Positions 37,774 to 48,500 of a stretch of 64,000 bases of DNA are shown here, piece by piece; position 1 is the stretch's first letter, and each line of letters starts with the position of its first letter. Origin of the DNA: Halioglobus sp. Its GTDB lineage: Bacteria; Bacteroidota; Bacteroidia; Chitinophagales; Saprospiraceae. The DNA is taken from contig JBLHWH010000003.1 of assembly GCA_047628935.1 (NCBI GenBank), forward strand, positions 5,031 to 69,030. Reading direction: 5' to 3'. The notes under the pieces were generated by a model. The model did no database searches. It was given only the letters and a program-made list of their open reading frames with translations, and had not been told where the DNA came from. Made by a program: the position numbers and the translations under genes.

Positions 37774-38364
37774 TTATGCTAGTTTCTTTATCTTTTTCAT
37801 CGTGGTAAGGCTTGTTACCATTTCATTGTTATTTCTTTCTTGCGGGGACCTTTCAGTAAATTCTTCGATTATCATTTTTCTAGCTCTTGCCACTAAAGAC
37901 CTAGAACTACTTTCTGTTATCTCCAGGTGTTCACTTATTTCTTTGTGGCTATAGCCTTCGATAATAAACATGTTTATTGCTATTCTATATCGATCACTTA
38001 GTGTCTCTAGAAAATTCATCACATCTTGGACTTCTAGTTGGTAAGTTATTTTTTCATCTTCAGAAGGTTCTGCTACATCCGCTAAATCAAAATTGATATG
38101 TTTTTTCTCCCTTCTTATCCATTGCAAACATTGGGTAGCGGTTACTCTTGCCGCCCATGACTTGAAAGAACCTGTAGCTTCGTATTTATTCATATTGTGC
38201 ATAATGTGCACTAGTGCTTCTTGAAGACAATCTTTTGCCAATTCATGGTCAGATATGTATCTACGACATACTCCAAAGAGATAAGAAGAATATGTATCGA
38301 CAAATGCTTTTTGGCATTTTCTATTATTCTTTTTGCATCCTTGTATGATGAGTTCTTCTCTCAA
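37774..38364 (-). CDS. ECF-type RNA polymerase sigma-70 family factor
   Basis: 196 aa from a TTG start. It has a region-2-like segment (CQKAFVDTYSSYLFGVCRRYISDHELAKDCLQEALVHI) and a region-4 HTH (EGYSHKEISEHLEITESSSRSLVARARKMI). Confidence 0.85.
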   Translation of the reverse strand: MREELIIQGCKKNNRKCQKAFVDTYSSYLFGVCRRYISDHELAKDCLQEALVHIMHNMNKYEATGSFKSWAARVTATQCLQWIRREKKHINFDLADVAEPSEDEKITYQLEVQDVMNFLETLSDRYRIAINMFIIEGYSHKEISEHLEITESSSRSLVARARKMIIEEFTERSPQERNNNEMVTSLTTMKKIKKLA

Positions 38365-38410
38365 TTGATTCTTTGTGGGATTTATTTATTATTAGTTAGT
38401 TTTATTTTAT

Positions 38411-40087
38411 TTATTGAATCTTAGAAATAATAACTCCCTCTATAGGATAAGTGCCCGCTAAAGTTGGATTCAGTGTTTGCATCCAGATATCTCCAGAAAA
38501 CTTAGCTCTAACTTGTCCATTTTGCTGAATACTATAATGTGTTACTCGGAAATCACTTATTCCACAACCAAGTGGTGAGTTTTCGCATGATACATAATAA
38601 CCACTTTCTCCGAAGTCTGAGTCGTTAATAACTATATTTACTTGATTTTCAGGAATTAATCCTACTTCATTCCCTGAGAATATAATTTTTATCTGACCCT
38701 CTTGGGCACTAAGTATAGTTCTGCCATTTACGGTTTGTATGTCAAAGGCAGGGTACACTCTTTCATCATCTCTTATTTTGAAGTAACTAAATCCATCAGC
38801 ATATTCTGGGCATGTGCTGAGTATATCTATGGTCTCATTTAAGCTTGATGACCAATTAATCTCAGTACCAGTTTGGGCGTTAGTTTCATCATATGCCGCT
38901 ATAGTGAAGTCACCACAGACCGCAATCCACCTATCTTGACCTTCTTGAGAAAACACATAGTGGTTATCCGAGTTTATACTTGATATGTTTATTGAAGAAT
39001 TTGTAATGAAATTGCCAGCACAATCTATCACTCTAGCGTTTAAGTATTGGTAAAACTCACTATTTGTAATAGCGAGAGTTTGATTTTTTAAATCATTATT
39101 ATCTATCACAATAGATTCGGATTGAAGAGATTCATTGCATGGATTGAGCAATTCTAAGGCTATAGTTTCTTTCTCGGGAAGTAATCCTATCCATCTTCCA
39201 TTTTCTGTTGCGCAGATATCATTTTGTAATCCATTATGTGTCCATTGCATAGGCTGATAAGCTACTTTTTGCTCATCTTTAGTTATTGCACCTTCTACAA
39301 ATACACCTTTCGTATATTTTGCAAAAGTATAGTAGCCTTCAGCCAATATATCTACTTCTATATTTGTAGTTACATCAGAAACGAGTTCCCAGATATCTGT
39401 TTCTTCATTTAGTACGAATAATCCATTTATCCCTTCTTCTAGATCTCCTATGAAAAGCTTTACTTGTGAAGCGGGATCCACATTAAGATTTTTAGAAGTT
39501 TCGTCACTAGTTTTCAAGTAGAAACCACCCTTGGAGTCTACCGCAAGTAAATGAGACTCCTTATTGTATCCAACGGGAGTTAATTTGATGGTTGGGTCTA
39601 TATCAACATAAGTAATGTTGATTTTTTCTACATTTGTTTCTTCAAATTCAGTGTCAGTAAAAACAACTGATATTTCTTTATTTATCTGTACAGTAGCATT
39701 TGATTTCTCTTTAAGAACCGTTGAATATTCTTCGTGAGTTTTGATATTGATGTGGTTGATGTCATTTTCCACTAATAATTCTGTTCTTAAGCCAATTTGG
39801 TTTCCGTCTTTAGATACTCTGATCGTCTGTCCTTTTTTTCGGGCTTCATCCAATTCTATTAAAAAGTAATCAGATGGGATATCTTGAATTAATCCATTTA
39901 CATTAATATAATAATCAGACATAATTTCTCCTTGCTGATTTTCTACACTACCACTTATACGGGTCGTTACATACACTTCTTCAGTTTGAATTATTATATC
40001 AGGATTTGGCAGGGTATTATCTATATTGTCATAGCAACCCGGCGCTATTGCCATAACTGTTAGAAGAAATATAAAAAATCGTTTCAT
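38411..40087 (-). CDS. hypothetical lipoprotein (558 aa)
   Basis: Signal peptide plus lipobox (MAIAPGC). No family recognised. It is co-directional with the sigma gene, 46 bp upstream of it. Confidence 0.6.
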   Translation of the reverse strand: MKRFFIFLLTVMAIAPGCYDNIDNTLPNPDIIIQTEEVYVTTRISGSVENQQGEIMSDYYINVNGLIQDIPSDYFLIELDEARKKGQTIRVSKDGNQIGLRTELLVENDINHINIKTHEEYSTVLKEKSNATVQINKEISVVFTDTEFEETNVEKINITYVDIDPTIKLTPVGYNKESHLLAVDSKGGFYLKTSDETSKNLNVDPASQVKLFIGDLEEGINGLFVLNEETDIWELVSDVTTNIEVDILAEGYYTFAKYTKGVFVEGAITKDEQKVAYQPMQWTHNGLQNDICATENGRWIGLLPEKETIALELLNPCNESLQSESIVIDNNDLKNQTLAITNSEFYQYLNARVIDCAGNFITNSSINISSINSDNHYVFSQEGQDRWIAVCGDFTIAAYDETNAQTGTEINWSSSLNETIDILSTCPEYADGFSYFKIRDDERVYPAFDIQTVNGRTILSAQEGQIKIIFSGNEVGLIPENQVNIVINDSDFGESGYYVSCENSPLGCGISDFRVTHYSIQQNGQVRAKFSGDIWMQTLNPTLAGTYPIEGVIISKIQ

Positions 40088-40433
40088 TTATTGATTATTT
40101 GATAGGGTAATGCAGATAATATCAAAAGCGCTGCAAAAAATAATAAAAAAGTTAATCAAATATGGAAATACTTCTTTTGTGTAATATAAGGAAGGTAAAC
40201 GAAAAGGTAGATATTTTCGATTTTCGAAATCTAGAGTTTTAGTACTTAAGATTTATAAATTAGAAATTTTATTTTGGAATTTGACTTTTGAACAAAGATT
40301 GATGTGAATGGAATCAACTTAGAACTACAAGATTTTTTCAAGATGTAAGTATTATATGTTAATGATACTACTATTGGAAAATAGTATTTATCAATATTGT
40401 GAAATACATACACGAAAAGACGAAAAAAAGATC

Positions 40434-40470
40434 TAAAATAAAAATAGCGGGTAAACAAAGTTTACCCGCT
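40434..40470 (-). terminator. orphan terminator-like hairpin
   Basis: An 11-bp stem agcgggtaaac/gtttacccgct (40446-40456 / 40460-40470) with loop aaa is followed on the minus strand by atttttatttta. There is no annotated minus-strand gene upstream of it. Confidence 0.45.
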
Positions 40471-40815
40471 AACACCCTTAAGTATGATTTTATTCACACC
40501 CACAATGACAAAGGTATTACAATTCATCCTATTTCCAAATGAAACTCATTGATTTACACACCCATATTTTACTGTTTTGCTTGACTAATAGGAGTGTATA
40601 AAACATATAATGTTGGGGTGCAATTGTATACGTTTTTTTTGTTGGTTGAAAATGTCAAAATTTAGCAAGGATTTTTGTAGATCTGCTACTCAGTATTTGT
40701 TGAAACAAAGAAAAGGTACCTTAACTATGATTAAATTCATCCACAAGAATCCCCTTTTTGTCGAATTGTGGAATTTATTATTTTGATTATGGCCATATTG
40801 CAATAAAATTTATAG

Positions 40816-41721
40816 ATGTCAATCTTATCTCTTAGAAATGTTGTTAAAAATTACCATAATCATACTGCGGTAGATAATGTATCTTTTGATGTGCCCAAAG
40901 GAAGTGTCTTTGGATTATTGGGACCAAACGGGGCGGGAAAAACTTCTCTGATTAGAATTATAACGACAATCACAATGGCAGATTCTGGTCAGGTTTTGCT
41001 AGATGGCGAGCCTATCAATTTTAATCACCCTAGTCAAATAGGTTATATGCCTGAGGAAAGAGGTCTTTACAAAAAAATGAAAGTGGGCGAACAGCTTTTG
41101 TATTTGGCACAGTTAAAAGGAATGCCCTACAAAGAAGCGAAACAGAAATTGCATGATTGGATGGATAAGTTCGACATTCTCTCATGGTGGGACAAAAAAG
41201 TCGAAGAACTGTCTAAAGGTATGCAGCAAAAGATTCAATTTATAGCTACAGTTGTGCATGAACCTAAGTTACTTATTCTTGATGAACCATTTTCGGGACT
41301 CGATCCTATTAATACCAACCTAATAAAGGATGAGATAGAGCAACTTAACAAAGGCGGGACGAGCATTATTTTCTCTACACATCGAATGGAACAAGTAGAA
41401 GAGGTATGTGAGAATATCATATTGATCGATAATGGTAAGAAAATACTAGAGGGGAACGTCGCACAGATTAAGATCGATCATAAGGAGAATTTATTCAAAG
41501 TAGAGTTTGATAATTCTGGATTAAATATTAATGGACTGGTTAATTTTCAAGTTCTAGAGAGTCTCAAAAACAGTATAACTGTAAAATTGGATGATGGAAT
41601 GAGACCTAATGATCTGCTAGGTTCACTTATAGGAAAAGGAGTGGAGATTGAATCATTTAACGAAATCCTGCCGTCTATAAATGATATATTTATAAGTAGA
41701 GTAGGGAAGAGCAAAGAGTAA
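40816..41721 (+). CDS. ABC transporter ATP-binding protein (NatA-like)
   Basis: Walker A GPNGAGKT, signature LSKGMQQK, Walker B LLILDEPFSGLD and H-loop STHRM. Confidence 0.9.
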   Translation: MSILSLRNVVKNYHNHTAVDNVSFDVPKGSVFGLLGPNGAGKTSLIRIITTITMADSGQVLLDGEPINFNHPSQIGYMPEERGLYKKMKVGEQLLYLAQLKGMPYKEAKQKLHDWMDKFDILSWWDKKVEELSKGMQQKIQFIATVVHEPKLLILDEPFSGLDPINTNLIKDEIEQLNKGGTSIIFSTHRMEQVEEVCENIILIDNGKKILEGNVAQIKIDHKENLFKVEFDNSGLNINGLVNFQVLESLKNSITVKLDDGMRPNDLLGSLIGKGVEIESFNEILPSINDIFISRVGKSKE

Positions 41722-41768
41722 AAATCTCGAGAAGTTTTTATTGAAGTCAGAAGCAAAATACCAATCAA

Positions 41769-43091
41769 ATGAACAAATTGTGGTTAATCATACAGCGGGA
41801 ATACCTTACAAGAGTTAGAAAGAAGTCTTTTATTTTAGTAACGCTGCTTACGCCACTGGGGTTTGGGTTGATTATGTTTATATCAGGTTATCTAGCGAGT
41901 GATTCAATGAATTCTCAAAAAAAGATAGTTGTAGTGGACCAGTCCGGAATTCTGAATGAAGATGAATTGTCTACTAGTCAATATGATTTTGATATCAGTA
42001 AACTTCCAATCAATGAAATGGATACATCCTACTCTAAATTAGGGTATGATCTTCTTCTAGACGTACCACCTATCATAGACCTTGCTTCGACGGAACATAA
42101 AGTTGACTTTTACAGTAAGGAGAAACTAAGTCTAGTTGCTTTGCAGCAGATAGAAAGAAAGATGTCACGAGCACTTAAAAAATATAAGATATCAAAATCT
42201 GATATTAATCAGGAGACTTTGGATCAACTAGAAATGGATGTTACTTTGGATAATGCTGTCAAATCAAGTCAGGATGGAGACAAGAGTAATAAAATGTCCA
42301 TAGGCGTGGCTTCTGCTCTTAGTTATATGATGGGGTTTCTCATGTATATGGTCATATTTATATATGGGAGTATGGTGATGCGGAGTGTTATGGAAGAGAA
42401 GATCAATAGGATTGTAGAAGTAATGATCTCTTCAGTTCGCCCATTTCAATTGATGCTGGGTAAAGTGATTGGAGTTGGTTTTGTAGCGATGACACAGCTA
42501 TTTATATGGATGATCCTTTTGTTTGGAATTGTGATGGTTTTTGGAGCGACAATGGCTCCGGATCCTACGTTAGGTGCGGGGGGAATTGGAGAAGCTGGTG
42601 AAATACTGGCTGAAATTGGATCCCAGTCAGAAATGAAAAATTTACTAGAGGGTATAAAATCTCTCAATTGGCTATTAATCATTCCATCATTTATTGTGTT
42701 TTTCTTTGGTGGATATTTTATTTATTCATCTCTTTTTGCGGCAGTAGGTTCTGCCATGGGCGACGATCTTGGAGAAGGACAGCAATTGATGATGCCGATT
42801 TTTATCCCTGTAATAATTGCCATATCACTAGTATTTCCTGTATTGAATAACCCCAATGGCAATCTGGCTATTTTTGGTTCTATGTTTCCATTATTTTCAC
42901 CGATTCTTATGCCCGCAAGGCTTCCTTTTGATCCACCATTATGGCAGGTCTTACTTTCTATTGTTATACTCATCGGTTCAGTTATTTTTATGACTTGGGT
43001 AGCTGGTCGTATATATAGAGTTGGAATATTAATGTACGGCAAGAAAGTTTCTTTCAAAGAGATTGGTAGATGGTTATTTGTGAAAAGTTGA
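41769..43091 (+). CDS. ABC-2 family transporter permease (NatB-like)
   Basis: 440 aa. One N-terminal TM segment is followed by a ~150-aa extracytoplasmic loop and then 5 TM segments. It lies 47 nt after the ATPase gene. Confidence 0.8.
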   Translation: MNKLWLIIQREYLTRVRKKSFILVTLLTPLGFGLIMFISGYLASDSMNSQKKIVVVDQSGILNEDELSTSQYDFDISKLPINEMDTSYSKLGYDLLLDVPPIIDLASTEHKVDFYSKEKLSLVALQQIERKMSRALKKYKISKSDINQETLDQLEMDVTLDNAVKSSQDGDKSNKMSIGVASALSYMMGFLMYMVIFIYGSMVMRSVMEEKINRIVEVMISSVRPFQLMLGKVIGVGFVAMTQLFIWMILLFGIVMVFGATMAPDPTLGAGGIGEAGEILAEIGSQSEMKNLLEGIKSLNWLLIIPSFIVFFFGGYFIYSSLFAAVGSAMGDDLGEGQQLMMPIFIPVIIAISLVFPVLNNPNGNLAIFGSMFPLFSPILMPARLPFDPPLWQVLLSIVILIGSVIFMTWVAGRIYRVGILMYGKKVSFKEIGRWLFVKS

Positions 43092-43197
43092 TGGTCAAAA
43101 TAAAAATTGAATACAATTCATCAACTTTTTAAAAAGCTTAGGAATGGTACATTAATAAAGTTACAATATTATACGCTGGTATTTTGTTTTTCTATGA

Positions 43198-43302
43198 GGC
43201 AAAAAAACGTAGGCAATGCAGGGCATTGACGAGGCTTTTTAACGATGTAGAAAGGAAAAATAACAAGTAGAATGTATAATCTTATTATTGAATCATTCCT
43301 AA
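43198..43302 (-). repeat. copy 2 of the ~105-nt intergenic repeat (inverted relative to 429-531)
   Basis: ggcaaaaaaacgtaggcaatgcagggcattgacgaggcttttt...cttattattgaatcattcctaa, roughly 80% identical by eye to the reverse complement of 429-531. Confidence 0.6.
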
Positions 43303-43356
43303 GATGATAATTAGTAGATTATTATTTACATTTGCAGTCTAATTAATAAATGCATC

Positions 43357-43509
43357 ATGGCAACAGCTACTAGTACAAAAACTTACTGGGTTTACTTTTT
43401 CGTTTCTCTATTGGTTACGATAGGATTTTTAGTGGTTTGGCCAGAATGGTTTTGGGTACCACTTCCATTTTTATTTACCTCATTAGTAAAAGCATTTGAT
43501 TGGTTATAG
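43357..43509 (+). CDS. candidate 50-aa small membrane protein
   Basis: This ORF is too short for the ORF track. It encodes MATATSTKTYWVYFFVSLLVTIGFLVVWPEWFWVPLPFLFTSLVKAFDWL, giving two hydrophobic segments. No family recognised. Confidence 0.4.
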   Translation: MATATSTKTYWVYFFVSLLVTIGFLVVWPEWFWVPLPFLFTSLVKAFDWL

Positions 43510-43932
43510 TCAATCAAATCATTTTCTATATTTTTATTGATCTTTCGGCATTAAGTGCTTAGCTCATCGTCGAGCTGCAAGATGGGTGCGTGCCTAAGTT
43601 TCACTGCAATGATGTGATTAAGGAATGGTTCAATAATAGTCAGCACCTGCTTGATACCTCAGGTTTTGTTGTAATGAATGACTGGTCCAGTATAAGCTAA
43701 CTGTTTCTTATATTTCATAATACTTCCGACGAATCTTAGGTGTTTAATTTCTGATAATTTACGAGAAATTGAAATATACAGCCTTGCTTGAAGCGTATCT
43801 TAAAATAAAACCATATTATATCGTATCTAACGAAGAATCTAGCGACCATCGTTAATAGAAATCAGTCCGTTGGGCTTAAAACAAAAAACAGGACCTTGTT
43901 CATTGTGACTCAAGTGCGGCTCGACAATCACT

Positions 43933-44406
43933 CTACGATTTTACCTTTTCGAAAAGTTTTAATTCGCCTCCTAAAACAGCTTCCAATTTTTCGTCCCGAC
44001 TATTTTGGTATATTCGAATAGTGTGTTTCCCTTTTTCCTTGAATCTGAAATTCTCTTGAAGCAGTATGTCAATTGTGCAAGTAGAGCTATGGCAGTTACC
44101 CAAAAATGAACCTGTACCATTGGTCAAGTTCAGGGAGATTATATCTTCCATAGATTCTTGTGTAGGGTAATCGGTCACAATTTTGACGTAAATGTTTTGA
44201 TAACCGAAGTCTGTTCCATATTTTAAACTAAAAAATAAATCATTTAGGACTTCAGTAGATTCGACATCAAAATCATAAGTCAAAGGACTTTCATGTTTCC
44301 ATTGACCTTTCGGAATAGATTGATTTTTGGAGTATGTGGCTTCACCTCCACAACCTATAATTCCAAAGCAAAAAAATATGAATACGATATGTTTTGTAAT
44401 TCTCAT
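43933..44406 (-). CDS. gldH: GldH-like gliding-motility lipoprotein
   Basis: 157 aa with lipobox IIGC. The size and pattern (Y...IP.GQW, F.F.V, Y.NIYV, final ...IRIYQNSRDE.LE...G..L) match my recollection of GldH. This has not been verified by a profile search. Confidence 0.55.
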   Translation of the reverse strand: MRITKHIVFIFFCFGIIGCGGEATYSKNQSIPKGQWKHESPLTYDFDVESTEVLNDLFFSLKYGTDFGYQNIYVKIVTDYPTQESMEDIISLNLTNGTGSFLGNCHSSTCTIDILLQENFRFKEKGKHTIRIYQNSRDEKLEAVLGGELKLFEKVKS

Positions 44407-44681
44407 ATGGCAAAAATAACATTTTAGTTGTTGGGTTAGAAATCAGGCGTAAAAAATAACTATCTCAATACTTTATCATTGAGTTAAACTAAAAATATTG
44501 CAATTTGGATATGTATGTCTGATAAAAAGCTTGTTACATATTGCATTATATTTTAATATTTTATTAATTTCGCATGATTTTGCAATTCAATAAACTATTG
44601 GTTGAATCGAATGCGAAGTAGAAAAGTAACAACAGTAGTGATTTGATTGCTGTTTTTTTTGAAGATAAAATTGAAAGACGT

Positions 44682-45272
44682 TTGATTGCATACTTAAATG
44701 GAAAATTGACACTCAAAACGGCGACCTACGTATATGTAGATTGTAATGGGGTGGGATATCATGTTAACATCAGTTTGAATACATACACTCAGCTTGAAAA
44801 ACTGGAAGATGTGAAAATTCTAACTTATGTGCATACCAACGATGATGGGCAGACATTATATGGTTTCATGAATGATGAGGAAAGGGCAATATTTATATTG
44901 TTGATCTCTGTCTCTGGAGTGGGGCCTAATACAGCTAGGGTAATTATGTCATATATGACCACTGATGAAGTAAAGTCCGCAATTGTACATGAAAATGTAG
45001 GTGCAATTAGCAAGGTGAAAGGCATCGGTCCAAAGACAGCAAAAAGGTTAATATTAGATCTGAAAGACAAAATACTTAAAGGAAGTGGTGATCAACCGAT
45101 ATTAGTTGGAAATGATAACAATACACTTAGAGATGAAGCGTTAAGTGCTCTAGTTGCATTAGGGTTTCCTAAAAATATAGTTGAAAAGCAACTCAAAGGT
45201 ATCATGTCTACCAACTCAGATGTCACTTCTGTAGAAGAAGTGATCAAGCTGGCTTTGAAACAGATGCGATAA
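44682..45272 (+). CDS. ruvA: Holliday junction branch migration complex subunit RuvA
   Basis: TTG 44682 gives the canonical N-terminus MIAYLNGKL...GVGYHV. The protein also has helix-hairpin-helix motifs (SVSGVGPNTARVI, VKGIGPKTAKRLILDLK) and the expected length of 196 aa. Confidence 0.9.
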   Translation: MIAYLNGKLTLKTATYVYVDCNGVGYHVNISLNTYTQLEKLEDVKILTYVHTNDDGQTLYGFMNDEERAIFILLISVSGVGPNTARVIMSYMTTDEVKSAIVHENVGAISKVKGIGPKTAKRLILDLKDKILKGSGDQPILVGNDNNTLRDEALSALVALGFPKNIVEKQLKGIMSTNSDVTSVEEVIKLALKQMR

Positions 45273-45518
45273 TGCCTCATTTACGAATTATGGGTTGTGA
45301 AAAAAATAGGTTTTTGATAGATTTGATTTTATTTCAGGATACTAAAAAAAGCTGAAGTTTTATGGTATTTAGTACAATGTCTTCCACTGCGAATGCGTTC
45401 GTATTCGATGCCTTATTAGGTTTAATTAGAATAAAACGAAGTATAGCCCAACTAAACATTTGTTAGAACTATCTATATAATTGAATTAGAAGCTATTACA
45501 CACTTGGATATACATAAT

Positions 45519-48500
45519 ATGAAAATTACTCGAGCATTAGTTACAATTTTATTTGTGAGTGCTTTTATATACGCTGCCATCGGTTCAGGAGGTAGTAGGA
45601 ATTTACCAGATCCATATGAGGAGATATTTGCTCCTGCAATGGTCAGTGATACGATTCCAATAAAAGACAACTACGGAGATCACGTAACTGACCCAAATAA
45701 TAATCCTTTTGACATCACATCCAATGTGATAGAGCAAAAAGTAGAGTATGATCCAACATCTGGGAACTACATAATCTATGAGAAAATAGGAGACGAATAC
45801 TACAGAACTCCAACCTATCTCACATTCGAGGAGTATCTAGAATTTAAGAAAAAGGAACAACAAAAAGCGTACTTTCAGCGACTAGCCGGAGTATCCTCCA
45901 AAAAAGGTCTCAATGCAAAGACAGATCCTATGGAGCGGATCGATATACAAAACTCTATAGTCGATAGACTTTTCGGAGGTACCGAAGTTAATATACAGCC
46001 GCAAGGGCAAGTTGATGTTACACTTCAGAGTACGTATTATAACTCGTTCCAACAACAAGCGGGATTTAATGGAAATGGTGTGCAATTCAATCCTATAGAT
46101 CCTGATGTAGATATCCGAGTAAGCACAGAAGGGAATATTGGTACTAAGCTGAATCTTGATTTTAATTATGATACACAGTCTACTTTTAATTTTGATCAGC
46201 AGATTAAACTAGAATATGATACTGAGGCATTCGGTGAAGATGATATTATCAAAAAAATTGAAGCAGGTAATGTAAGTCTGCCGCTAAGAGGAAACTTGAT
46301 CCAAGGCGCACAATCTCTTTTTGGTTTGAAGACAGAGTTGCAATTTGGTCATTTGAGATTGACAGCTATTGCATCACAACAACAATCAGAACAAAATAAC
46401 CTCCGAATCGAAAATGGAGCAGCGGTTCAAGAATTTGAGCTCGCACCTGATGAATACGATGAAAACAGACACTTCTTTGTGTCCCATTATAATAGAGCTA
46501 CATTCGAAAGAAATCTTTCTAATCTGCCACAGATTGCTACTTCATTCAGAATATCACAATTAGAAGTTTGGATTTCTGAAGATAGACCAACATATCAGCA
46601 AAGAAGTACGCCTATTGTAGCATTTTCTGATTTGGGTGAGCCGGATGTTGATAAATATACAGGAGATTATACTGGAATGAACGAATTTGAACCAAACACT
46701 TCACTAATCGAAGCTGCGGGGAGTATTTATAAAGATCTAAATGGTTTTAATTTACCAGATAACAGAGTAAATAAAATCTACGAGAAGATTGTACTTAATG
46801 AAACAAGTCTTCCAGAATTTGAAGATGTAGAATCTCAAAATTTAGTAGCATCTATTTTAGAGGGGGAAGGCTTTGTTCAGAATAGAGATTTTTCAGTGTT
46901 TACTGGTAGAAAATTATCATCTAACGAGTTTTCATATAACGAGCAATTAGGTATGCTCTCCCTTAATATCAGATTAAGACCAAACCAAAATCTAGCGGTC
47001 GCATATAATTATACCTACACAGCTAACTGCGATGCGGTGTACAATGTAGGAAATTTGTCAGCGGACGGTTCTCAATTCTCTAGCACATCTAGTAATATAG
47101 GAGGAGTTGGTGGACAACAGGATACAATTACTAATGTAGAGCCTCCAAAGGTACTGTTTACGAAGTTGCTAAAAAGTAGCGTACAACAAACGAATATCTC
47201 TACTTGGGATTTGATGATGAAAAACGTCTACCCATTGAGAGCAACTCAACTTAATCCTGAAGAATTTAGGTTTGATATATTTTTTGAAGATGATTCTGAT
47301 GGATCGTTAAAGAAATTTATTCCAGAACCGGGATTTACGAATCAACCGTTACTAGAGGTATTCAATCTTGATAGATTGAACAAATATAATGATCCTCAAG
47401 CCGATGGATTGTTTGATTTTGTGCCAGGGATTACGGTGATTCCTAGTAGTGGATCTGTTGTCTTTCCTGTTTTAGAACCGTTTGGTAGCTCTCTAGATTC
47501 TTTATTGAAAGGATTGCCTCAGGATCAAATAGAAAATTATAAATTTCAACAGTTATATGATACTTCTATCACTATCGCAAAACAGAGCTTAGAGCAGAAT
47601 AAGTTCTTGATGAAAGGTGAAGTAACTTCAGCTTCAAATGGCGAGATTAATCTTGGGCCATTTGTGCCAGAAGGATCTGTGAGAGTTAGAGCTGGTGGAG
47701 TCTTATTGCAGGAAGGAGTGGATTATGAAGTTGACTATTCCTTGGGTAGATTGAGGATAATTAATGATTCTTATCTCCAGCAAGGAACACCGATCAATGT
47801 ATCTTTTGAAGATCAATCCCTGTTTAGTCTGCAGCAAAAAACGATGTTGGGACTTCGAGCCGACTATGATTTTAATGATCATTTTTCTATTGGAGCTACT
47901 TACCTTAAATTATCTGAACGACCATTTACCAGTAAAGTAAATATTGGCAACGATCCTATCAATAATAGAATTTTTGGAATTGACATGGCATATAGTAACG
48001 AAGCGCCGTTCGTAACCAAAATAGTAGATAAACTGCCGTTTTATAGTACTAAGGAAAAGTCAAGTATTAATTTCTCTGCCGAAGCTGCATTTTTAAAACC
48101 TGGACACTCAGGGGCGATCAATGCTGGAGGAGACGATGAAGATAAAGGAGGTGTAGTAAGTATTGATGATTTTGAAGGGGCGGTGAATGGACTATTGCTG
48201 GGAGGTTTTAATTCGAATCAGTGGAGACTAGCAAGTACACCTTCAGAATTCCCTGAATCTAAATTGAATAATGATCTGCGTTATGGAACCAATAGAGCTA
48301 AGGTTAATTGGTATTCTATCGATAGGCAGGCTAGAACTAGTGCAGATAATGAGAGTCCGTACACAAGGTTAATAGACCAACAAGAATTGTTTAACAGAGA
48401 TGTGCAAGTCGGTCAATCAGAGTTGCTAACATTTGATATTGGTTATTACCCAAGTGAAAAAGGACCTTATAATTTTGATGAAACTGATGGACTTGAAGGG

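Noticed and set aside
40246-40458. 70-aa minus-strand ORF upstream of the lipoprotein gene
   Set aside because: It is extremely AT-rich and Phe/Tyr/Ile/Lys-biased, typical of a random ORF in promoter DNA. It runs into the orphan hairpin.
40816-43091. GldA/GldF/GldG gliding ABC transporter
   Set aside because: The architecture is one ATPase plus a single 440-aa ABC-2 permease with a large N-terminal loop (NatAB-like). The separate GldF (~240 aa) and GldG (~560 aa) proteins are not present.
43510-43932. Possible minus-strand gene remnant (~100 codons: ...KHLRFVGSIMKYKKQLAYTGPVIHYNKT*GIKQVLTIIEPFLNHIIAVKLRHAPILQLDDELST)
   Set aside because: It needs an in-frame TGA, has no start in a sensible place, and matches no family I recognise. 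A BLASTX search would be needed to say more.
45273-45518. Short ORFs (26 and 34 codons) between ruvA and sprA
   Set aside because: They have no conserved features or signal, and the interval is more simply the sprA promoter and leader.
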